Below are positions 28,636 to 40,924 of a DNA stretch of 64,000 nucleotides, one piece after another. A program made the position numbers and the translations under genes. Location of the stretch: the NCBI GenBank assembly GCA_963837955.1, contig CAWIPH010000002.1, positions 928,001 to 992,000 on the forward strand, read 5' to 3'. Positions within the stretch are counted from its first letter, which is position 1. The number at the start of each line of letters is the position of its first letter. The DNA comes from an uncultured Verrucomicrobiae bacterium. GTDB lineage: Bacteria; Verrucomicrobiota; Verrucomicrobiia; Chthoniobacterales; JAFAMB01. Under the pieces are notes generated by a model that ran no database searches, was not told the origin of the DNA, and saw only the letters and a program-made list of their open reading frames with translations.

Positions 28636-28663
28636 TTGCGAAATGGGGGCGTTTTAGTATAGT
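28636..28663 (+). promoter_or_regulatory. Putative promoter for rpoBC
   Basis: TTGCGA-N16-TATAGT directly after the rplL terminator. Confidence 0.45.
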
Positions 28664-28865
28664 AGCATCTCGTTAACCGCGGGGAACTCGAGATATCGCT
28701 CGCACGTTTAACATTAGATTCCATAGTCAGCTCCATTTGCGTGGCCGATTTGACAAGCCTCGCGTGTGGGGCTATTTCTGTTCCCCTTTGTTGTTTTTAC
28801 CCTCGAGGGAACGTTAGTCGCGGTGCCGTAAACCAGTAGCACCGGTCGGTCAGAATACCATCCGT

Positions 28866-31800
28866 ATGTCAGAGCGCATTTATTTCGGGAAGATTAAGGA
28901 AGCCGTAGAACCGCCCAACCTAATCGAGGTTCAACTCGATTCCTACGTAGAGTTCTTGCAGAAGGATTTACCACCTAGCAAGCGCAAAAATGTCGGTCTC
29001 CAAGCCGTGTTTCGGGAAGTTTTTCCGATCCAAAGCTACGACGACAAGGTCGTCCTGGATTTCGTAAGTTACGATATTGGTGAGCCGAAGATGTCCGCGT
29101 TGGATTGCCAGCGAGAAGGGCAGACATTCAGCGCACCGCTACACGTCACTTTCCAGTTGCGCGACGAGAAGGGCACCAAAGAGGAGAAAGTATACATGGG
29201 CGAGATCCCGCTCATGACTCCGCAAGGGACGTTCGTGATCAACGGAGCCGAGAGAGTGGTGGTCAGCCAGCTTCACCGGTCGCCAGGGATCGCGTTTGAG
29301 TCGTCCATCCACCTTAACGGGAAGGTTTTGTATAGCTTCCGCATCATTCCCGACCGCGGCTCCTGGTTGGAAGTGCAGTTTGACACGAACGACTTACTCT
29401 ACATCTATCTCGATCGCCGCAAACGCCGCCGGAAATTCTTGGCTACGACCTTCCTGCGCGCAATCGGTCACGGCAGCGACGAAGAGATCATCAAGGTCTT
29501 TTATCACATCGAAAAACTGGCGCTGAAGAACGATCTCGAGGAAGAACTGCTCAGTACCAAGATTCTCATTCAGGACATCCGCGACGGAGAGATTACGGTC
29601 GCGCGTGCGTTTGAGCCTTTAACCAAGGCAACGGTTCAACAGATCCTGACCCTGGGCGTCACCGAGGTCTCTGTTGTTGATATCAAAGACGACGACACCA
29701 TCATCAAGTCGATCAAGAAAGATCCGGCTCACGACGAGGACGAGGCGTTGAAGGATATTTATCGTCGTTTGCGGCCCGGTGATCCGCCTACCGTGGCAAA
29801 CGCTCGCGGACTGCTGCGCCGATTGTTTTTCGATCCGAAGAAATATGATTTGGGCCGGGTTGGACGGTACAAGATCAACCAGAAGCTGGGAATTGAAGTT
29901 GATTTGGCCGAGCGCACCTTGACGAAGGAAGATTTTATCGGGGCGATGAAGTACCTGGTCACTTTGCGAAAGGGTGAGGGGATCTTGGACGATATCGATC
30001 ATCTTGGCAGCCGGCGAGTGCGCACGGTGGGAGAGTTGTTGGCTAACCAATGCCGGGTCGGTCTGGCACGGACCGAGCGTCTGGTTAAAGAGCGGATGAC
30101 TCTTTTCGACGTCAATATCGACGGCATGACCCCACAGAAGCTGATCAACCCGAAGGCGCTCAGTGCGGTTATCCGCGATTTCTTTGGGCGTTCACAGCTT
30201 AGTCAATTCATGGATCAGACCAACCCGCTTGCGGAATTGACCCACAAGCGTCGTTTGTCCGCCCTTGGGCCGGGCGGCCTGAGTCGCGATCGCGCCGGAT
30301 TTGAGGTCCGCGACGTGCATCCGTCCCACTACGGTCGAATTTGTCCGATTGAGACACCGGAAGGTCCGAACATCGGACTGATTAGCTCGATGAGCACCTT
30401 CGCGCGTATCAACGAATTTGGCTTCATCGAAACGCCATATCGTCGCGTCCAGGAGGGGCGAGTCACCGATCAGATCGATTACCTGACCGCCGACCGGGAA
30501 GAGAATTATTTGGTCGCTCAGGCGAATGCGCCGATAGACGCTAAAGGCAATTTTCTGGACGAGAAGGCTTCGTGTCGCTACCGAGGCGACTTTCTGGAGG
30601 TGGAGCCATCAAAGGTCCACTATATGGATATTTCGCCGAAACAGCTGGTTTCGGTTGCTGCCGGGCTTATCCCGTTTTTGGAGCATGACGACGCAAACCG
30701 AGCGCTGATGGGCTCGAACATGCAACGCCAAGGCGTGCCTCTCATTCGGTCCGAATCGCCGCTGGTCGGTACGGGATTGGAGGGTAAAGTCGCGCGCGAC
30801 TCGAAAGCCGTCATCGTGGCGGAGGGCGACGGCGTTGTGGCCTCGGTAAACGCCGAGCAGATTGTGACGACCCGCGATGGCAAGATGCCCGAGATGAAGA
30901 AAAAGGCGATAAGCCGCCCGGACGAAGGTGTCTACGTTTATGAGTTGCGAAAGTTCATGCGCTCGAACGCGGGAACCTGTATCAACCAAAAGCCGATTGT
31001 CGTTAAAGGTCAGAAGATAAAGAAAGGGCGTGTTATCGCCGATGGCCCGAACACCGAAGCGGGTGAGCTCGCGCTGGGGCGAAACGTCCTGGTGGCTTTC
31101 ATGCCGTGGAATGGATACAACTTCGAGGACGCCATTCTGATTTCCGAGAAGGTGGTGAAGGAAGACATCTATACTTCGATCCACATTGACGAGTTTGAGA
31201 TCGGTGCTCGCGATACTAAACTTGGACCGGAGGAAATTACCCGGGATATTCCAAACGTTAGCGAAGAAGCCTTGCGGAACCTCGGTTCGGACGGAGTCAT
31301 CCGGGTCGGAGCCGAAGTCAAGCCAGGTGATATCCTGGTTGGAAAGATTACGCCGAAGAGTGAAACTGAGCTGGCTCCAGAGGAACGCTTGCTGCGGGCA
31401 ATTTTCGGAGAGAAGGCAGCTGACGTCAAAGACACCTCACTCACCGTTCCTTCCGGCACCTACGGCATTGTGATGGATGTCAAAGTCTCTTCACGAAAGG
31501 AAGTAGCGAAGCAGAAGCTGACACCGGCTGAGACCAAGCGTCAGGCGAAACAGATCGCGGAAGATTACCGGAAGAAGAAGGAAGAGTTGCACGAAGAGCT
31601 GACTGAGGCGCTCTCTAATATTCTGTTGGGTGAAAAGATTCCGTTGGATGTGGTGAACGCTGAGACCGGTGAGATCATCATTCCGGCAAATCGCAAAATT
31701 ACTAAGACGTTGTTGCGGAAACTAGCGGGAGTTTATGATCATATCGATATCGACCCTAGTCCGATTCGGAACAAGATTCGGGAAATCATCAGCTCATTCG

Positions 31801-32684
31801 AGCATAAGTTCGCCGAACTCGACTTGGAGAAGGATCGTTCACTTGATCGGATCGAGAGCGGCGATGATATCGACCCGGGTATTATCAAGCAAGTCAAGGT
31901 CTATATAGCCAGCAAGCGCAAGCTGAGTGTGGGCGACAAAATGGCTGGAAGACACGGGAATAAAGGCGTCGTAGCGAAGATCGTTGCGGAAGAAGATATG
32001 CCATTCCTAAGCGACGGGACTCCGGTCGAAATTGTTTTGAATCCGTTGGGTGTACCGAGCCGCATGAACGTGGGTCAGGTTTTGGAAACCCACCTTGGAG
32101 TCGCTGCGAAAGCGCTCGGATTTAAGGTGGCTACGCCGGTCTTCGATGGAATCGAGGAGCCCGAGGTTAGAAAATATCTAACCGAGGCTCGTAAGGTGGA
32201 TGGTTTCACTTGGGTGAATGAAAATGGAAAATCGACGCTTTTCGATGGACGCACCGGTGAGCAGTTCGATCAGCAGGTCGTTGTTGGCTACATCTATATG
32301 CTGAAGCTTGGACATTTGGTCGCTGACAAGATCCATGCGAGAGCGGTTGGACCGTACTCGCTGGTCACGCAGCAACCCCTCGGCGGAAAAGCGCAGTACG
32401 GCGGCCAGCGTTTCGGGGAGATGGAAGTTTGGGCGCTTGAAGCTTACGGCGCGGCTTACACGCTGCAGGAACTACTGACGGTGAAATCGGATGATGTCCA
32501 GGGTAGGACCCGCATCTACGAATCCATCGTCAAAGGCGACAATTCACTGGAGGCGGGAACTCCAGAATCATTCAACGTTTTGATCAAGGAAATGCAAAGC
32601 CTTGGATTAGATGTGAAGGTGGGTGGGCGACCACAAACGTTCGTCGACACGCCACTGGATGTTACCGCGGTGGCCGCAGGATAA
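28866..32684 (+). CDS. rpoB: RNA polymerase beta subunit
   Basis: [41 protein letters not shown]. Confidence 0.99.
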   Translation: MSERIYFGKIKEAVEPPNLIEVQLDSYVEFLQKDLPPSKRKNVGLQAVFREVFPIQSYDDKVVLDFVSYDIGEPKMSALDCQREGQTFSAPLHVTFQLRDEKGTKEEKVYMGEIPLMTPQGTFVINGAERVVVSQLHRSPGIAFESSIHLNGKVLYSFRIIPDRGSWLEVQFDTNDLLYIYLDRRKRRRKFLATTFLRAIGHGSDEEIIKVFYHIEKLALKNDLEEELLSTKILIQDIRDGEITVARAFEPLTKATVQQILTLGVTEVSVVDIKDDDTIIKSIKKDPAHDEDEALKDIYRRLRPGDPPTVANARGLLRRLFFDPKKYDLGRVGRYKINQKLGIEVDLAERTLTKEDFIGAMKYLVTLRKGEGILDDIDHLGSRRVRTVGELLANQCRVGLARTERLVKERMTLFDVNIDGMTPQKLINPKALSAVIRDFFGRSQLSQFMDQTNPLAELTHKRRLSALGPGGLSRDRAGFEVRDVHPSHYGRICPIETPEGPNIGLISSMSTFARINEFGFIETPYRRVQEGRVTDQIDYLTADREENYLVAQANAPIDAKGNFLDEKASCRYRGDFLEVEPSKVHYMDISPKQLVSVAAGLIPFLEHDDANRALMGSNMQRQGVPLIRSESPLVGTGLEGKVARDSKAVIVAEGDGVVASVNAEQIVTTRDGKMPEMKKKAISRPDEGVYVYELRKFMRSNAGTCINQKPIVVKGQKIKKGRVIADGPNTEAGELALGRNVLVAFMPWNGYNFEDAILISEKVVKEDIYTSIHIDEFEIGARDTKLGPEEITRDIPNVSEEALRNLGSDGVIRVGAEVKPGDILVGKITPKSETELAPEERLLRAIFGEKAADVKDTSLTVPSGTYGIVMDVKVSSRKEVAKQKLTPAETKRQAKQIAEDYRKKKEELHEELTEALSNILLGEKIPLDVVNAETGEIIIPANRKITKTLLRKLAGVYDHIDIDPSPIRNKIREIISSFEHKFAELDLEKDRSLDRIESGDDIDPGIIKQVKVYIASKRKLSVGDKMAGRHGNKGVVAKIVAEEDMPFLSDGTPVEIVLNPLGVPSRMNVGQVLETHLGVAAKALGFKVATPVFDGIEEPEVRKYLTEARKVDGFTWVNENGKSTLFDGRTGEQFDQQVVVGYIYMLKLGHLVADKIHARAVGPYSLVTQQPLGGKAQYGGQRFGEMEVWALEAYGAAYTLQELLTVKSDDVQGRTRIYESIVKGDNSLEAGTPESFNVLIKEMQSLGLDVKVGGRPQTFVDTPLDVTAVAAG

Positions 32685-32830
32685 TGCGGGTTTATCAACG
32701 AATTATCTTACGAGACCAAGAAGTGGTTAATCAGCGCCGATCTGCCAGTGCCAAGAAACTAAAAGAGAGCCTCGAGGTTAGCGGTCCCCGAGCGTCCCTA
32801 ATTTTTCAGTAAGCCTTACCGCGGTAAAAT

Positions 32831-35800
32831 ATGAACGAAACGAATCTTCGCGAAATTTTTGGAGAAGAGCGCTCGGTCGGATTCGACCAAGTGGGAATCA
32901 GCGTGGCTTCTCCGGACGCCATCCGCTCCTGGAGCAAGGGTGAAGTAAAGAACCCCGAAACGATCAACTACCGGACATTCAAACCGGAGAAGGGTGGTCT
33001 GTTTTGCGAACGCATCTTTGGTCCGACGCGGGATTGGGAATGCTCCTGCGGTAAATACAAGCGGATCAAGCACAAAGGGGTCATCTGTGATCGTTGCGGC
33101 GTGGAGGTCACTCTCTCCCGGGTACGACGAGAGCGCATGGGACACATCGAGTTGGCGGTGCCGGTTTCGCACATCTGGTTTTATAAGTGCATGCCGTCGC
33201 GGATCGGCTTGATGCTCGACATGAGTTCACGGCAGTTGGAACGCGTAATCTACTATGAGGATTACATTGTTATCGACCCGGGTCAGACCCAGCTGCAGAA
33301 GTGCCAGTTGTTAAACGAACAGGAGTACCGGGAAGCTCAGGAGCAGTATCGTGATACCTTTGTGGCGGGAATGGGTGCAGAGGCGATCAAGATTCTCCTG
33401 TCCCAAATCGAGCTGAGCCAATTGAATGTCGAGCTCGAGGAGGCGATGAATAACACCAAGAGCAAGCAGATTCGGAAGAAGCTGGCGAAACGGTTGAAGC
33501 TCGTACAGGGTTTCATGAATTCGCACTCTCGGCCGGAGTGGATGATCCTCGATGTGCTGCCGGTGATCCCGCCGGATCTTCGTCCGCTTGTGCCGTTGGA
33601 AGGCGGACGTTTCGCGACGTCGGACTTGAACGATCTCTATCGCCGGGTCATCAACCGCAACAATCGGTTGAAGAACCTGCTTCAGCTCAAGACGCCGGAC
33701 GTCATTATCCGGAATGAAAAGCGGATGCTCCAGGAGGCCGTCGATGCGTTGTTTGACAACGGCCGGCATGGCCGCGCCGTAACCGGCGCAGGCAATCGTC
33801 CGCTCAAGTCGTTGAGCGATATGCTCAAAGGCAAGGGTGGCCGGTTCCGGCAAAACCTTCTGGGTAAACGAGTCGATTACTCCGGACGTTCGGTTATTGT
33901 TATTGGCCCAGAGCTCAAATTGCACCAATGCGGGCTACCGAAGAAAATGGCGCTGGTTCTGTTTGAACCGTTTATCATTCGCCGCCTGAAAGAGCTTGGT
34001 TACGTCCACACTGTCCGGAGCGCTAAGAAGATGATTGAGCGCCAGACGCCGGAGGTCTGGGATATCTTGGAAGAAGTCACCAAAGGGCATCCGGTACTGT
34101 TGAACCGTGCTCCGACCTTGCATCGGCTTTCGATTCAGGCTTTCGAACCGTTGCTGGTGGAAGGGGAGGCCATTCGTATTCATCCGTTGGTTTGCACAGC
34201 GTACAACGCAGACTTCGATGGTGACCAGATGGCAGTTCATGTGCCGCTGTCGGTCGAGGCGCAAATGGAAGCTCGGCTGCTGATGCTTGCACCCAACAAC
34301 ATATTTTCACCTTCTAGCGGCAAGCCGATCACGACCCCGTCCCAAGACATCGTGCTGGGCTGCTACTATCTCACTCAAAATCCCCGGAAGAACGCGCAGC
34401 TTAATGAGCGCTTGCGTCTGTTCTCCGACCCGGACGAAATTGAGTATGCCCTCAGCGAAGGGGCTGTGAAAATTCACGAGAAAATCCGGTTCAAAAATCC
34501 GGACTACGGTCACAAAACCATCTTCGGAAATTCTGATTTGAAGGTGATTGAAACCACTGCCGGTCGCGTGGTTTTCAACGGAATCTGGCCGCGCGAACTC
34601 GGGTTCTTTCCCCGGGTGGCCGCGAAGAAACAGTTGAGCGATATAATCTGGCGCACCTACCAGGTCTCGGCTCAGCAAAAGACTGTCGAAACTTTGGACC
34701 GGCTCAAGGAACTCGGTTTCTATTGGGCAACTAAGGCAGGGGTATCGATCGGCATTACCGATATGATTATCCCGGACGAAAAGAGGACAGAGCTCGACAA
34801 GGCTTACAAGCAAATCGCGCTGGTGGAGAAGCAGTACCGCAGCGGTATCATTACCGATGGCGAGCGCTATAACAAGATCATCGACATCTGGACTCAGGCC
34901 GGTGAAGAAATCTCGAACGTGTTGTTCCGGACCCTCGAATACAATGAGGGCCGTAAGGAGCTTAATCCGGTGTTTTTGATGCAAGACTCCGGAGCACGTG
35001 GCAACCGACAACAGATAAAGCAGCTCGCTGGAATGCGCGGTCTGATGGCCAAACCGTCGGGCGAAATCATCGAGCGACCGATTACTTCCAACTTCCGCGA
35101 AGGGTTGAGCGTGCTTGAGTATTTCATCTCTACCCACGGCGCGCGTAAGGGCTTGGCCGATACGGCGTTAAAAACAGCTGACTCGGGGTATCTGACCCGG
35201 AAGCTGGTCGATGCAGCCCAGGACGTCATCATCGTCGAGCCAGATTGTGGCACGGCGAACGGAATTGTGGTTCGCCCGATCTACGAGGGAGACGACGAAG
35301 TGGTTGATCTGGCCGCTCGAATTGTCGGTCGGGTAAGCTGCGAAACGATCAATAATCCGGTTACTAAAGACACGATCATCAAGACCAACCAATTGATCGA
35401 AGAGCCGCATGCGGCTTCGCTGATGTCTATTGGAGTCGAGTACCTCAAAATCCGTTCGGTGTTAACCTGTGAGTCAAAGCGAGGCGTTTGTGCTCATTGT
35501 TACGGGCGTAATCTGGCGACCGGGCGAATGGTGAAATTGGGCGAAGCGGTGGGAATCATTGCGGCGCAAAGTATTGGCGAACCGGGCACGCAGCTCACCA
35601 TGCGTACCTTCCACATTGGCGGTACGGCGACACAGCTTTTCAAACAGCCGATCATCAAAGCGAAGAACGATGGAGAAGTGCGGTTCAACGACGTCCGAGT
35701 CGTGCAGTCAGTCGACAGCAACTACATCGCGCTTAACAAGAACGGTTCGGTCTCGGTGCACTCAAAGGATGGGCGCGAGCTGGAGCGTTATAACGTCGTG

Positions 35801-36940
35801 GTGGGATCAGTAATCTCGGTCGGCGACGGTGGGCAGGTCAAAAAGGGTGAGACATTTGTCCAGTGGGACCCTTACAACGTTCCGATCCTGACGGAGAAGA
35901 CCGGGCGGGTTGAATTTCGGGACATGATCGCTGGCGTCACCGTCAAGCGCGAGATCGACGAAGCGACCGGCGTGATGGGTACGGTCGTCATCGAGCATAA
36001 GGAAGATCTGCACCCTCAGATCGTCATCTTGGATGAAAACAAGAAGGAAATCGCGAGCTACGCAATTCCGGCAGGTGCCCATATTGTCGTTCAGGACGGA
36101 AGTAAGATTCCGGCTGGTACGCTTCTAGCCAAAACGCCGCGTAAGATCGCAAAAACAAAAGATATTACCGGTGGTTTGCCGCGGGTTGCCGAACTCTTCG
36201 AGGCTCGGCGTCCGAAAGATGCGGCCGAAATCGCGAAGATCGATGGTCTGGTCGAGTTTGGCGGTACCGTTCGCGGTAAGCGCCGGCTCATCTTGCGCGA
36301 CGCGACGAGTGGCCAGGAAGAAGAGCACCTTATTCCGCTGAACAAGCACATCATCGTCTTTAAGGGTGATTTTGTGAAAAAGGGGTCTCAACTCACCGAA
36401 GGTCCGATCGTTCCGCACGAAATCCTTGATGTCTGCGGACCACAGGATTTGCAGGAGCATCTGGTAAACGAGGTGCAGGAAGTTTACCGTCTCCAGGGCG
36501 TTGAGATTAACGATAAACATATCGAGATCATTGTCCGCCAAATGCTGCGGAAGGTGAAAATTACCGAACCTGGTGATACGGAGATGCTTTGGGGTGACCA
36601 GGTTGACCGGCTGGAATTCGATAAAGAAAACAGGCGAGTCACCGAGCAGGGCGGTAAGCCGGCGGAAGCTGTTCCAGTGCTTCTCGGTATCACGAAGGCA
36701 TCTCTGGAAACCGACAGCTTCATCTCGGCAGCCTCGTTCCAAGATACTACACGCGTGCTGACGGAAGCGGCTACGCTGGGTAAGATCGACTTTCTCCGCG
36801 GATTCAAGGAGAACGTGATAATGGGACACCTGATTCCGGCGGGTACCGGGTTCTTGGGCCATCGTAGCATCCGCACGATAGAAACGGCAGAGCCTCAGGC
36901 CGAGCCGTTGCCTGAAGAGACGGAGCCAGCGGTAGGTTGA
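32831..36940 (+). CDS. rpoC: RNA polymerase beta' subunit
   Basis: [18 protein letters not shown], zinc-finger Cys clusters. Confidence 0.99.
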   Translation: MNETNLREIFGEERSVGFDQVGISVASPDAIRSWSKGEVKNPETINYRTFKPEKGGLFCERIFGPTRDWECSCGKYKRIKHKGVICDRCGVEVTLSRVRRERMGHIELAVPVSHIWFYKCMPSRIGLMLDMSSRQLERVIYYEDYIVIDPGQTQLQKCQLLNEQEYREAQEQYRDTFVAGMGAEAIKILLSQIELSQLNVELEEAMNNTKSKQIRKKLAKRLKLVQGFMNSHSRPEWMILDVLPVIPPDLRPLVPLEGGRFATSDLNDLYRRVINRNNRLKNLLQLKTPDVIIRNEKRMLQEAVDALFDNGRHGRAVTGAGNRPLKSLSDMLKGKGGRFRQNLLGKRVDYSGRSVIVIGPELKLHQCGLPKKMALVLFEPFIIRRLKELGYVHTVRSAKKMIERQTPEVWDILEEVTKGHPVLLNRAPTLHRLSIQAFEPLLVEGEAIRIHPLVCTAYNADFDGDQMAVHVPLSVEAQMEARLLMLAPNNIFSPSSGKPITTPSQDIVLGCYYLTQNPRKNAQLNERLRLFSDPDEIEYALSEGAVKIHEKIRFKNPDYGHKTIFGNSDLKVIETTAGRVVFNGIWPRELGFFPRVAAKKQLSDIIWRTYQVSAQQKTVETLDRLKELGFYWATKAGVSIGITDMIIPDEKRTELDKAYKQIALVEKQYRSGIITDGERYNKIIDIWTQAGEEISNVLFRTLEYNEGRKELNPVFLMQDSGARGNRQQIKQLAGMRGLMAKPSGEIIERPITSNFREGLSVLEYFISTHGARKGLADTALKTADSGYLTRKLVDAAQDVIIVEPDCGTANGIVVRPIYEGDDEVVDLAARIVGRVSCETINNPVTKDTIIKTNQLIEEPHAASLMSIGVEYLKIRSVLTCESKRGVCAHCYGRNLATGRMVKLGEAVGIIAAQSIGEPGTQLTMRTFHIGGTATQLFKQPIIKAKNDGEVRFNDVRVVQSVDSNYIALNKNGSVSVHSKDGRELERYNVVVGSVISVGDGGQVKKGETFVQWDPYNVPILTEKTGRVEFRDMIAGVTVKREIDEATGVMGTVVIEHKEDLHPQIVILDENKKEIASYAIPAGAHIVVQDGSKIPAGTLLAKTPRKIAKTKDITGGLPRVAELFEARRPKDAAEIAKIDGLVEFGGTVRGKRRLILRDATSGQEEEHLIPLNKHIIVFKGDFVKKGSQLTEGPIVPHEILDVCGPQDLQEHLVNEVQEVYRLQGVEINDKHIEIIVRQMLRKVKITEPGDTEMLWGDQVDRLEFDKENRRVTEQGGKPAEAVPVLLGITKASLETDSFISAASFQDTTRVLTEAATLGKIDFLRGFKENVIMGHLIPAGTGFLGHRSIRTIETAEPQAEPLPEETEPAVG

Positions 36941-36974
36941 TCTGAAGCCGGAGGCCGGCCAGATATTACATTTG

Positions 36975-37000
36975 AGTGGTCCCGCAGCCGCGGGACCGCT
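36975..37000 (+). terminator. Hairpin downstream of rpoC
   Basis: AGTGGTCCCGC-agcc-GCGGGACCGCT with a T-rich tract a few bases downstream. Confidence 0.5.
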
Positions 37001-37018
37001 AACGTTTTATTCTTCCTG

Positions 37019-37567
37019 ATGTCGATCGCCACAAAAACCGGGGATGCAGGAGAAACGGCGCTGATGTACGGGCGACGAGTACCTAAAATGCATCGACGGG
37101 TGGAGGCTTACGGTGCGGTCGACGAGTTAAATGCTGCGCTGGGTCTGTTTCGAGCAACCGCAAAGCACACTCTGATTCAGGAGAGAGTTTACGTGGTCCA
37201 GAAGGAGTTGGTCATACTGATGGGTGAGTTGGCGGTGGCCGACGAAGATCGGGAGCGCTATCAGAAAGACGGATTTGAGCTCGTGGATTCCGGTATGGTT
37301 GACCGCCTGACTGCCGTCGTCGACGATCTCGAGAAAAATTACCCCATCTCGTACAAGCATTGGGCGACTCCGGGCCAAAACGTCGAATCGGCCGCGCTGG
37401 ATGTGGCTCGAACGACTTGCCGGCGTGCGGAACGCAGGGTGGTGGCTTTGGCCGATAGTGCGGAATACGTCAACCCGGAAACCATCCGGTATTTGAATAG
37501 GCTTTCGGATGTTCTCTGGTTGTTTGCCCGATACGCGGAGAGCGTAAAGGAGGATGCGCCGCAATAG
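37019..37567 (+). CDS. ATP:cob(I)alamin adenosyltransferase, PduO type
   Basis: SIATKTGDAGET, EAYGAVDELNA, ARTTCRRAER, YLNRLSD. Confidence 0.93.
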   Translation: MSIATKTGDAGETALMYGRRVPKMHRRVEAYGAVDELNAALGLFRATAKHTLIQERVYVVQKELVILMGELAVADEDRERYQKDGFELVDSGMVDRLTAVVDDLEKNYPISYKHWATPGQNVESAALDVARTTCRRAERRVVALADSAEYVNPETIRYLNRLSDVLWLFARYAESVKEDAPQ

Positions 37568-37734
37568 GCATTTTTTGGGCAAGATGAATGCAAGTTTTCG
37601 CGCGGTCCGGAGCTCGGAAAAGGTACTCAAACAGCTGGGCAAAAGGGGAAATTCTTCGCTTGCGCATCTGGGGAGGCTGAACCATAGTCACCGACTCTAG
37701 CCGGAACGCAAAAAGCGTTGTCTAAATTATAGAT

Positions 37735-38463
37735 ATGTCTTCGATGGAATTAATGACCGAACTCCTGGAAGCAGGGGTTCATTTTGGGCACCAGACGAAA
37801 CGGTGGAATCCGAAAATGAAGCCGTTCATTTTCGAGAAACGGAATTCCATCTACATCATCAATTTGTCCGAAACCGTAAAGCAACTGCAGACGGCAACGG
37901 ATTTCCTGGCCAATGTCGCCCGAAACGGCGGGAAGGTGCTTTTCATCGGGTGCAAAAAGCAGGCGCAAGAGGCGGTCAAAGAGGCTGCCCAGGCTTGCGG
38001 ACAACTTTATGTCAACCAGCGGTGGCTGGGCGGCACTTTGACGAATTTGACCACGATTCGCAAGAGCGTTGCGCGATTGAGCTATCTCGAGCAGATCGAA
38101 AAATCCCCCGAATATTCTCAAATGGGAAAACAAGAACTTTCCGCGCTTCGCCGAGAGGCTGAGAAGCTTCGGCGCAACCTTGAAGGCATTCGAACCATGG
38201 AGAAGCTCCCTGACGCTCTGGTGGTAATTGATACCACTCGCGAGGCGATCGCGGTTGCCGAAGCTCGACGATTGAAAATCCCCACCGTTGCCATCGCCGA
38301 TACGAATGCGGATCCTGATTTGGTGACCTATCCGATTGCTGGTAATGACGATGCGATTCGAGCAATCCGCGTGATTCTGCAAAAGCTAGTAGACGCTATT
38401 TACACGGCTACCCACGAGGCGAACAAGGAAAGCACGCCTGGGTTAGCTGCAGTCGCTGAGTAA
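37735..38463 (+). CDS. rpsB: 30S ribosomal protein S2
   Basis: LLEAGVHFGHQTKRWNPKM, RWLGGTLTN, GNDDAIR. Confidence 0.99.
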   Translation: MSSMELMTELLEAGVHFGHQTKRWNPKMKPFIFEKRNSIYIINLSETVKQLQTATDFLANVARNGGKVLFIGCKKQAQEAVKEAAQACGQLYVNQRWLGGTLTNLTTIRKSVARLSYLEQIEKSPEYSQMGKQELSALRREAEKLRRNLEGIRTMEKLPDALVVIDTTREAIAVAEARRLKIPTVAIADTNADPDLVTYPIAGNDDAIRAIRVILQKLVDAIYTATHEANKESTPGLAAVAE

Positions 38464-38516
38464 CTTCAACATCCCGTTTCTGGCTAATTCAGCTCGGAAA
38501 CGTTCTTCTTTGATCT

Positions 38517-39161
38517 ATGGCTGATGTGAATCCTGCGCTTGTTAAACAGCTACGCGATAAAACCAACGCTGGCATGATGGACTGCAAAAAGGCACTCGTC
38601 GAAACCGACGGTGACCTCGAGAAAGCAGAAGATCTGTTGCGCAAAAAAGGGATTGCCAGCGCCTCGAAAAAGGCATCGCGTTCGGCGAAGGAAGGAATTG
38701 TAGCTTCGTACATCCACCTGCAAGGGAAGGTAGGCGTGTTGGTAGAAGTCAACTGCGAGACAGATTTTGTCGCTAAGAACGAAATTTTTCGAGAATTCGT
38801 CAAAGATATCACGTTGCATATCGCGGCAGCCCACCCGATTTACGTGAGCCGGGATCAAGTAGCTCCCGCGATCATCGAGCACGAGAGAGAAATCTATCGA
38901 GCACAGGTCAAAGGCAAACCTGAGAACGTCGTGGAGAAGATCGTAGAGGGAAAACTGGACAAGTTTTTTGGAAGTGTCTGTCTCCTCGACCAAGCATTCA
39001 TCAAGAATCCAGACCAGTCGATCCGAGATTTGGTTTCCACCAAGATCTCAGAACTAGGTGAGAACATTGTCATTCGGCGGTTCACCCGGTACGCTGTAGG
39101 CGAAGACCTCGAGAGCGAAACAGCCGACAAAGGCGCACCGGCTGAAGCGGCGGCGGCGTAG
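38517..39161 (+). CDS. tsf: Elongation factor Ts (short form)
   Basis: LRDKTNAGMMDCKKAL, VEVNCETDFVA; 214 aa. Confidence 0.98.
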   Translation: MADVNPALVKQLRDKTNAGMMDCKKALVETDGDLEKAEDLLRKKGIASASKKASRSAKEGIVASYIHLQGKVGVLVEVNCETDFVAKNEIFREFVKDITLHIAAAHPIYVSRDQVAPAIIEHEREIYRAQVKGKPENVVEKIVEGKLDKFFGSVCLLDQAFIKNPDQSIRDLVSTKISELGENIVIRRFTRYAVGEDLESETADKGAPAEAAAA

Positions 39162-39191
39162 CCTGATCCTTCTGGCTCAGAAATCTACGGC

Positions 39192-39319
39192 GCAACAAAA
39201 GTAGCCTGATGCTCCGGCCTCAGGAAGCAACGCGCTGTCTAAAAACGCCAGACCGAGAGCCTTAGACACGCATTGCGCCCTAGCTTCCTGAGGCTGGAGC
39301 ATCAGGCTACTTTTGTTGC
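39192..39319. repeat. GTAG REPIN-like inverted pair (family B)
   Basis: 37-bp arms at 39192-39228 (GCAACAAAAGTAGCCTGATGCTCCGGCCTCAGGAAGC) and 39283-39319, with 1 mismatch. Confidence 0.88.
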
Positions 39320-39513
39320 ACTCCGGGGTTCCTGAGCGACGCCCGAGAATAGTCCATCTCACACAGAAGAATTGAGCCCAAGGGGCTGTGGCTCTATCAG
39401 GGGCCGTTCCCGGGAGCCGCAAGCAGCCCCATCAGTCTTCTGAATGCCGTCTAAACGACTCGGCTGAAAAACCAACGTTGCAGTTTATCGGCTGATTGGT
39501 TATATCGCCGATC

Positions 39514-40638
39514 ATGAAACGTCTGCTGTTCCTCCTGTTCTGGGCGTCGCTAGGCGCGAGTTCTGTTGCTGTAGCGCAGGATACTATCAAAATCGGCGAA
39601 TTCGCCTCGCTTACCGGCGGTAACGCGAGTTTTGGAATTTCGCAAAATAACGGCGTCCAAATGGCCTTCGAAGAGATCAATAGTGCCGGCGGTGTACTCG
39701 GCAAAAAGATTGAACTGACGGTCGAAGACAATCAAACGAAACAAGGGCAGACCACCACGATCGTAAAGAAATTGATCTCGGAAGACCACGTGGTTGCTTT
39801 GATCGGCGAAGTTGCTTCTTCCAAATCGCTCGAGGCAGCTCCGATTGCTCAGAGTTCAAAGATCCCGATGATTGCGACCGCAGCCACGAATCCGGCGGTC
39901 ACCCAGACCGGGGACTATATTTTTCGGGTTTGCTTTACCGACGATTTCCAAGCCGTCGTCATCGCCCGCTTCGTTCTGGAAACGCTCCAGAAGAAGAAAG
40001 TCGCGTTTATGACCGACGTGAAACAGGACTACAGCGTTGGACTAACAAAGATTGCCAAAGACTACTTCGAGAAAAACGGCGGCGAAGTCGTTAAGGAACA
40101 GAGCTACAGTTCGGATGACAAGGATTTTCGTGCCCAGCTGACCGCGATCAAGGCAGCTAATCCGGATGTCATCATTGTCACTGGTTACTATCCCGAAGCG
40201 GCCTTGATCGCAAAACAAGCCCGGGATTTTGGGATCAAAGCGATGTTTGTTGGCGGTGACGGCTGGGACGGTTCCTCATTGATCCCGGTTGGCGGCAAGG
40301 CGGTCGAAGGCGCCTACTTTTCGGATCACTTTGCGGTCGCCGACACCTCTCCCCTCGTCCAAAACTTCGTTGCCGCTTACAAAAAGAAGTATAATACGGC
40401 GCCGGACGCTTTTGCCGCTCTAGGTTACGACGCGTTTAAACTTCTCATCGATGCTATTAAACGAGCTGGAGGTACCGATCCGGAGAAGCTGCGCGACGCG
40501 ATCGCTAGTACCAAAGATTTCCCAGGCGTTTCCGGTAAAATCACCATTAATCCGGAACGCAATGCCACCAAGTCTGCGGTCATTCTTACGATCAAGAATG
40601 GCGCTTTCGATTACTTCAAGACGATCGAACCGAAATAG
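39514..40638 (+). CDS. Branched-chain amino acid ABC transporter binding protein (LivJ/K type)
   Basis: Signal peptide, IKIGEFASLTG, INSAGGVLG, FRVCFTD, DFRAQL, GGDGWD. Confidence 0.93.
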   Translation: MKRLLFLLFWASLGASSVAVAQDTIKIGEFASLTGGNASFGISQNNGVQMAFEEINSAGGVLGKKIELTVEDNQTKQGQTTTIVKKLISEDHVVALIGEVASSKSLEAAPIAQSSKIPMIATAATNPAVTQTGDYIFRVCFTDDFQAVVIARFVLETLQKKKVAFMTDVKQDYSVGLTKIAKDYFEKNGGEVVKEQSYSSDDKDFRAQLTAIKAANPDVIIVTGYYPEAALIAKQARDFGIKAMFVGGDGWDGSSLIPVGGKAVEGAYFSDHFAVADTSPLVQNFVAAYKKKYNTAPDAFAALGYDAFKLLIDAIKRAGGTDPEKLRDAIASTKDFPGVSGKITINPERNATKSAVILTIKNGAFDYFKTIEPK

Positions 40639-40667
40639 GGGTTGATCGAGCGGATCAGTGACGTAGA

Positions 40668-40701
40668 ACACGAGAGTCGAACGGCTCTCGTGTTTTTATT
40701 T
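40668..40701 (+). terminator. Intrinsic terminator between the two binding-protein genes
   Basis: AACACGAGAGTC-gaac-GGCTCTCGTGTT followed by TTTATTT. Confidence 0.7.
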
Positions 40702-40924
40702 AGCAATTTCAAATGATTGATTTCCTCGATTTTTCGACGAAACGGATGAATTAACTCGAATGATTCTTGCCTTAAAGAGGAGGGGAAGGATCGCGCACTC
40801 GCGATCCGCGGCGCACGAGGATTCGACGTCGGCAGACGGGGCATATTGCTCAACGCATTCAACAGGCTATGTCGGACAGGCTGCGCACCCTTCCGGGCAT
40901 GATGGCCGGAATTTATTTTTCTAA

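Noticed and set aside
24002..38993. Many long antisense ORFs over tuf, rpl, rpoB, rpoC, rpsB and tsf
   Set aside because: Shadow ORFs caused by codon bias in GC-rich conserved genes; no independent motifs.
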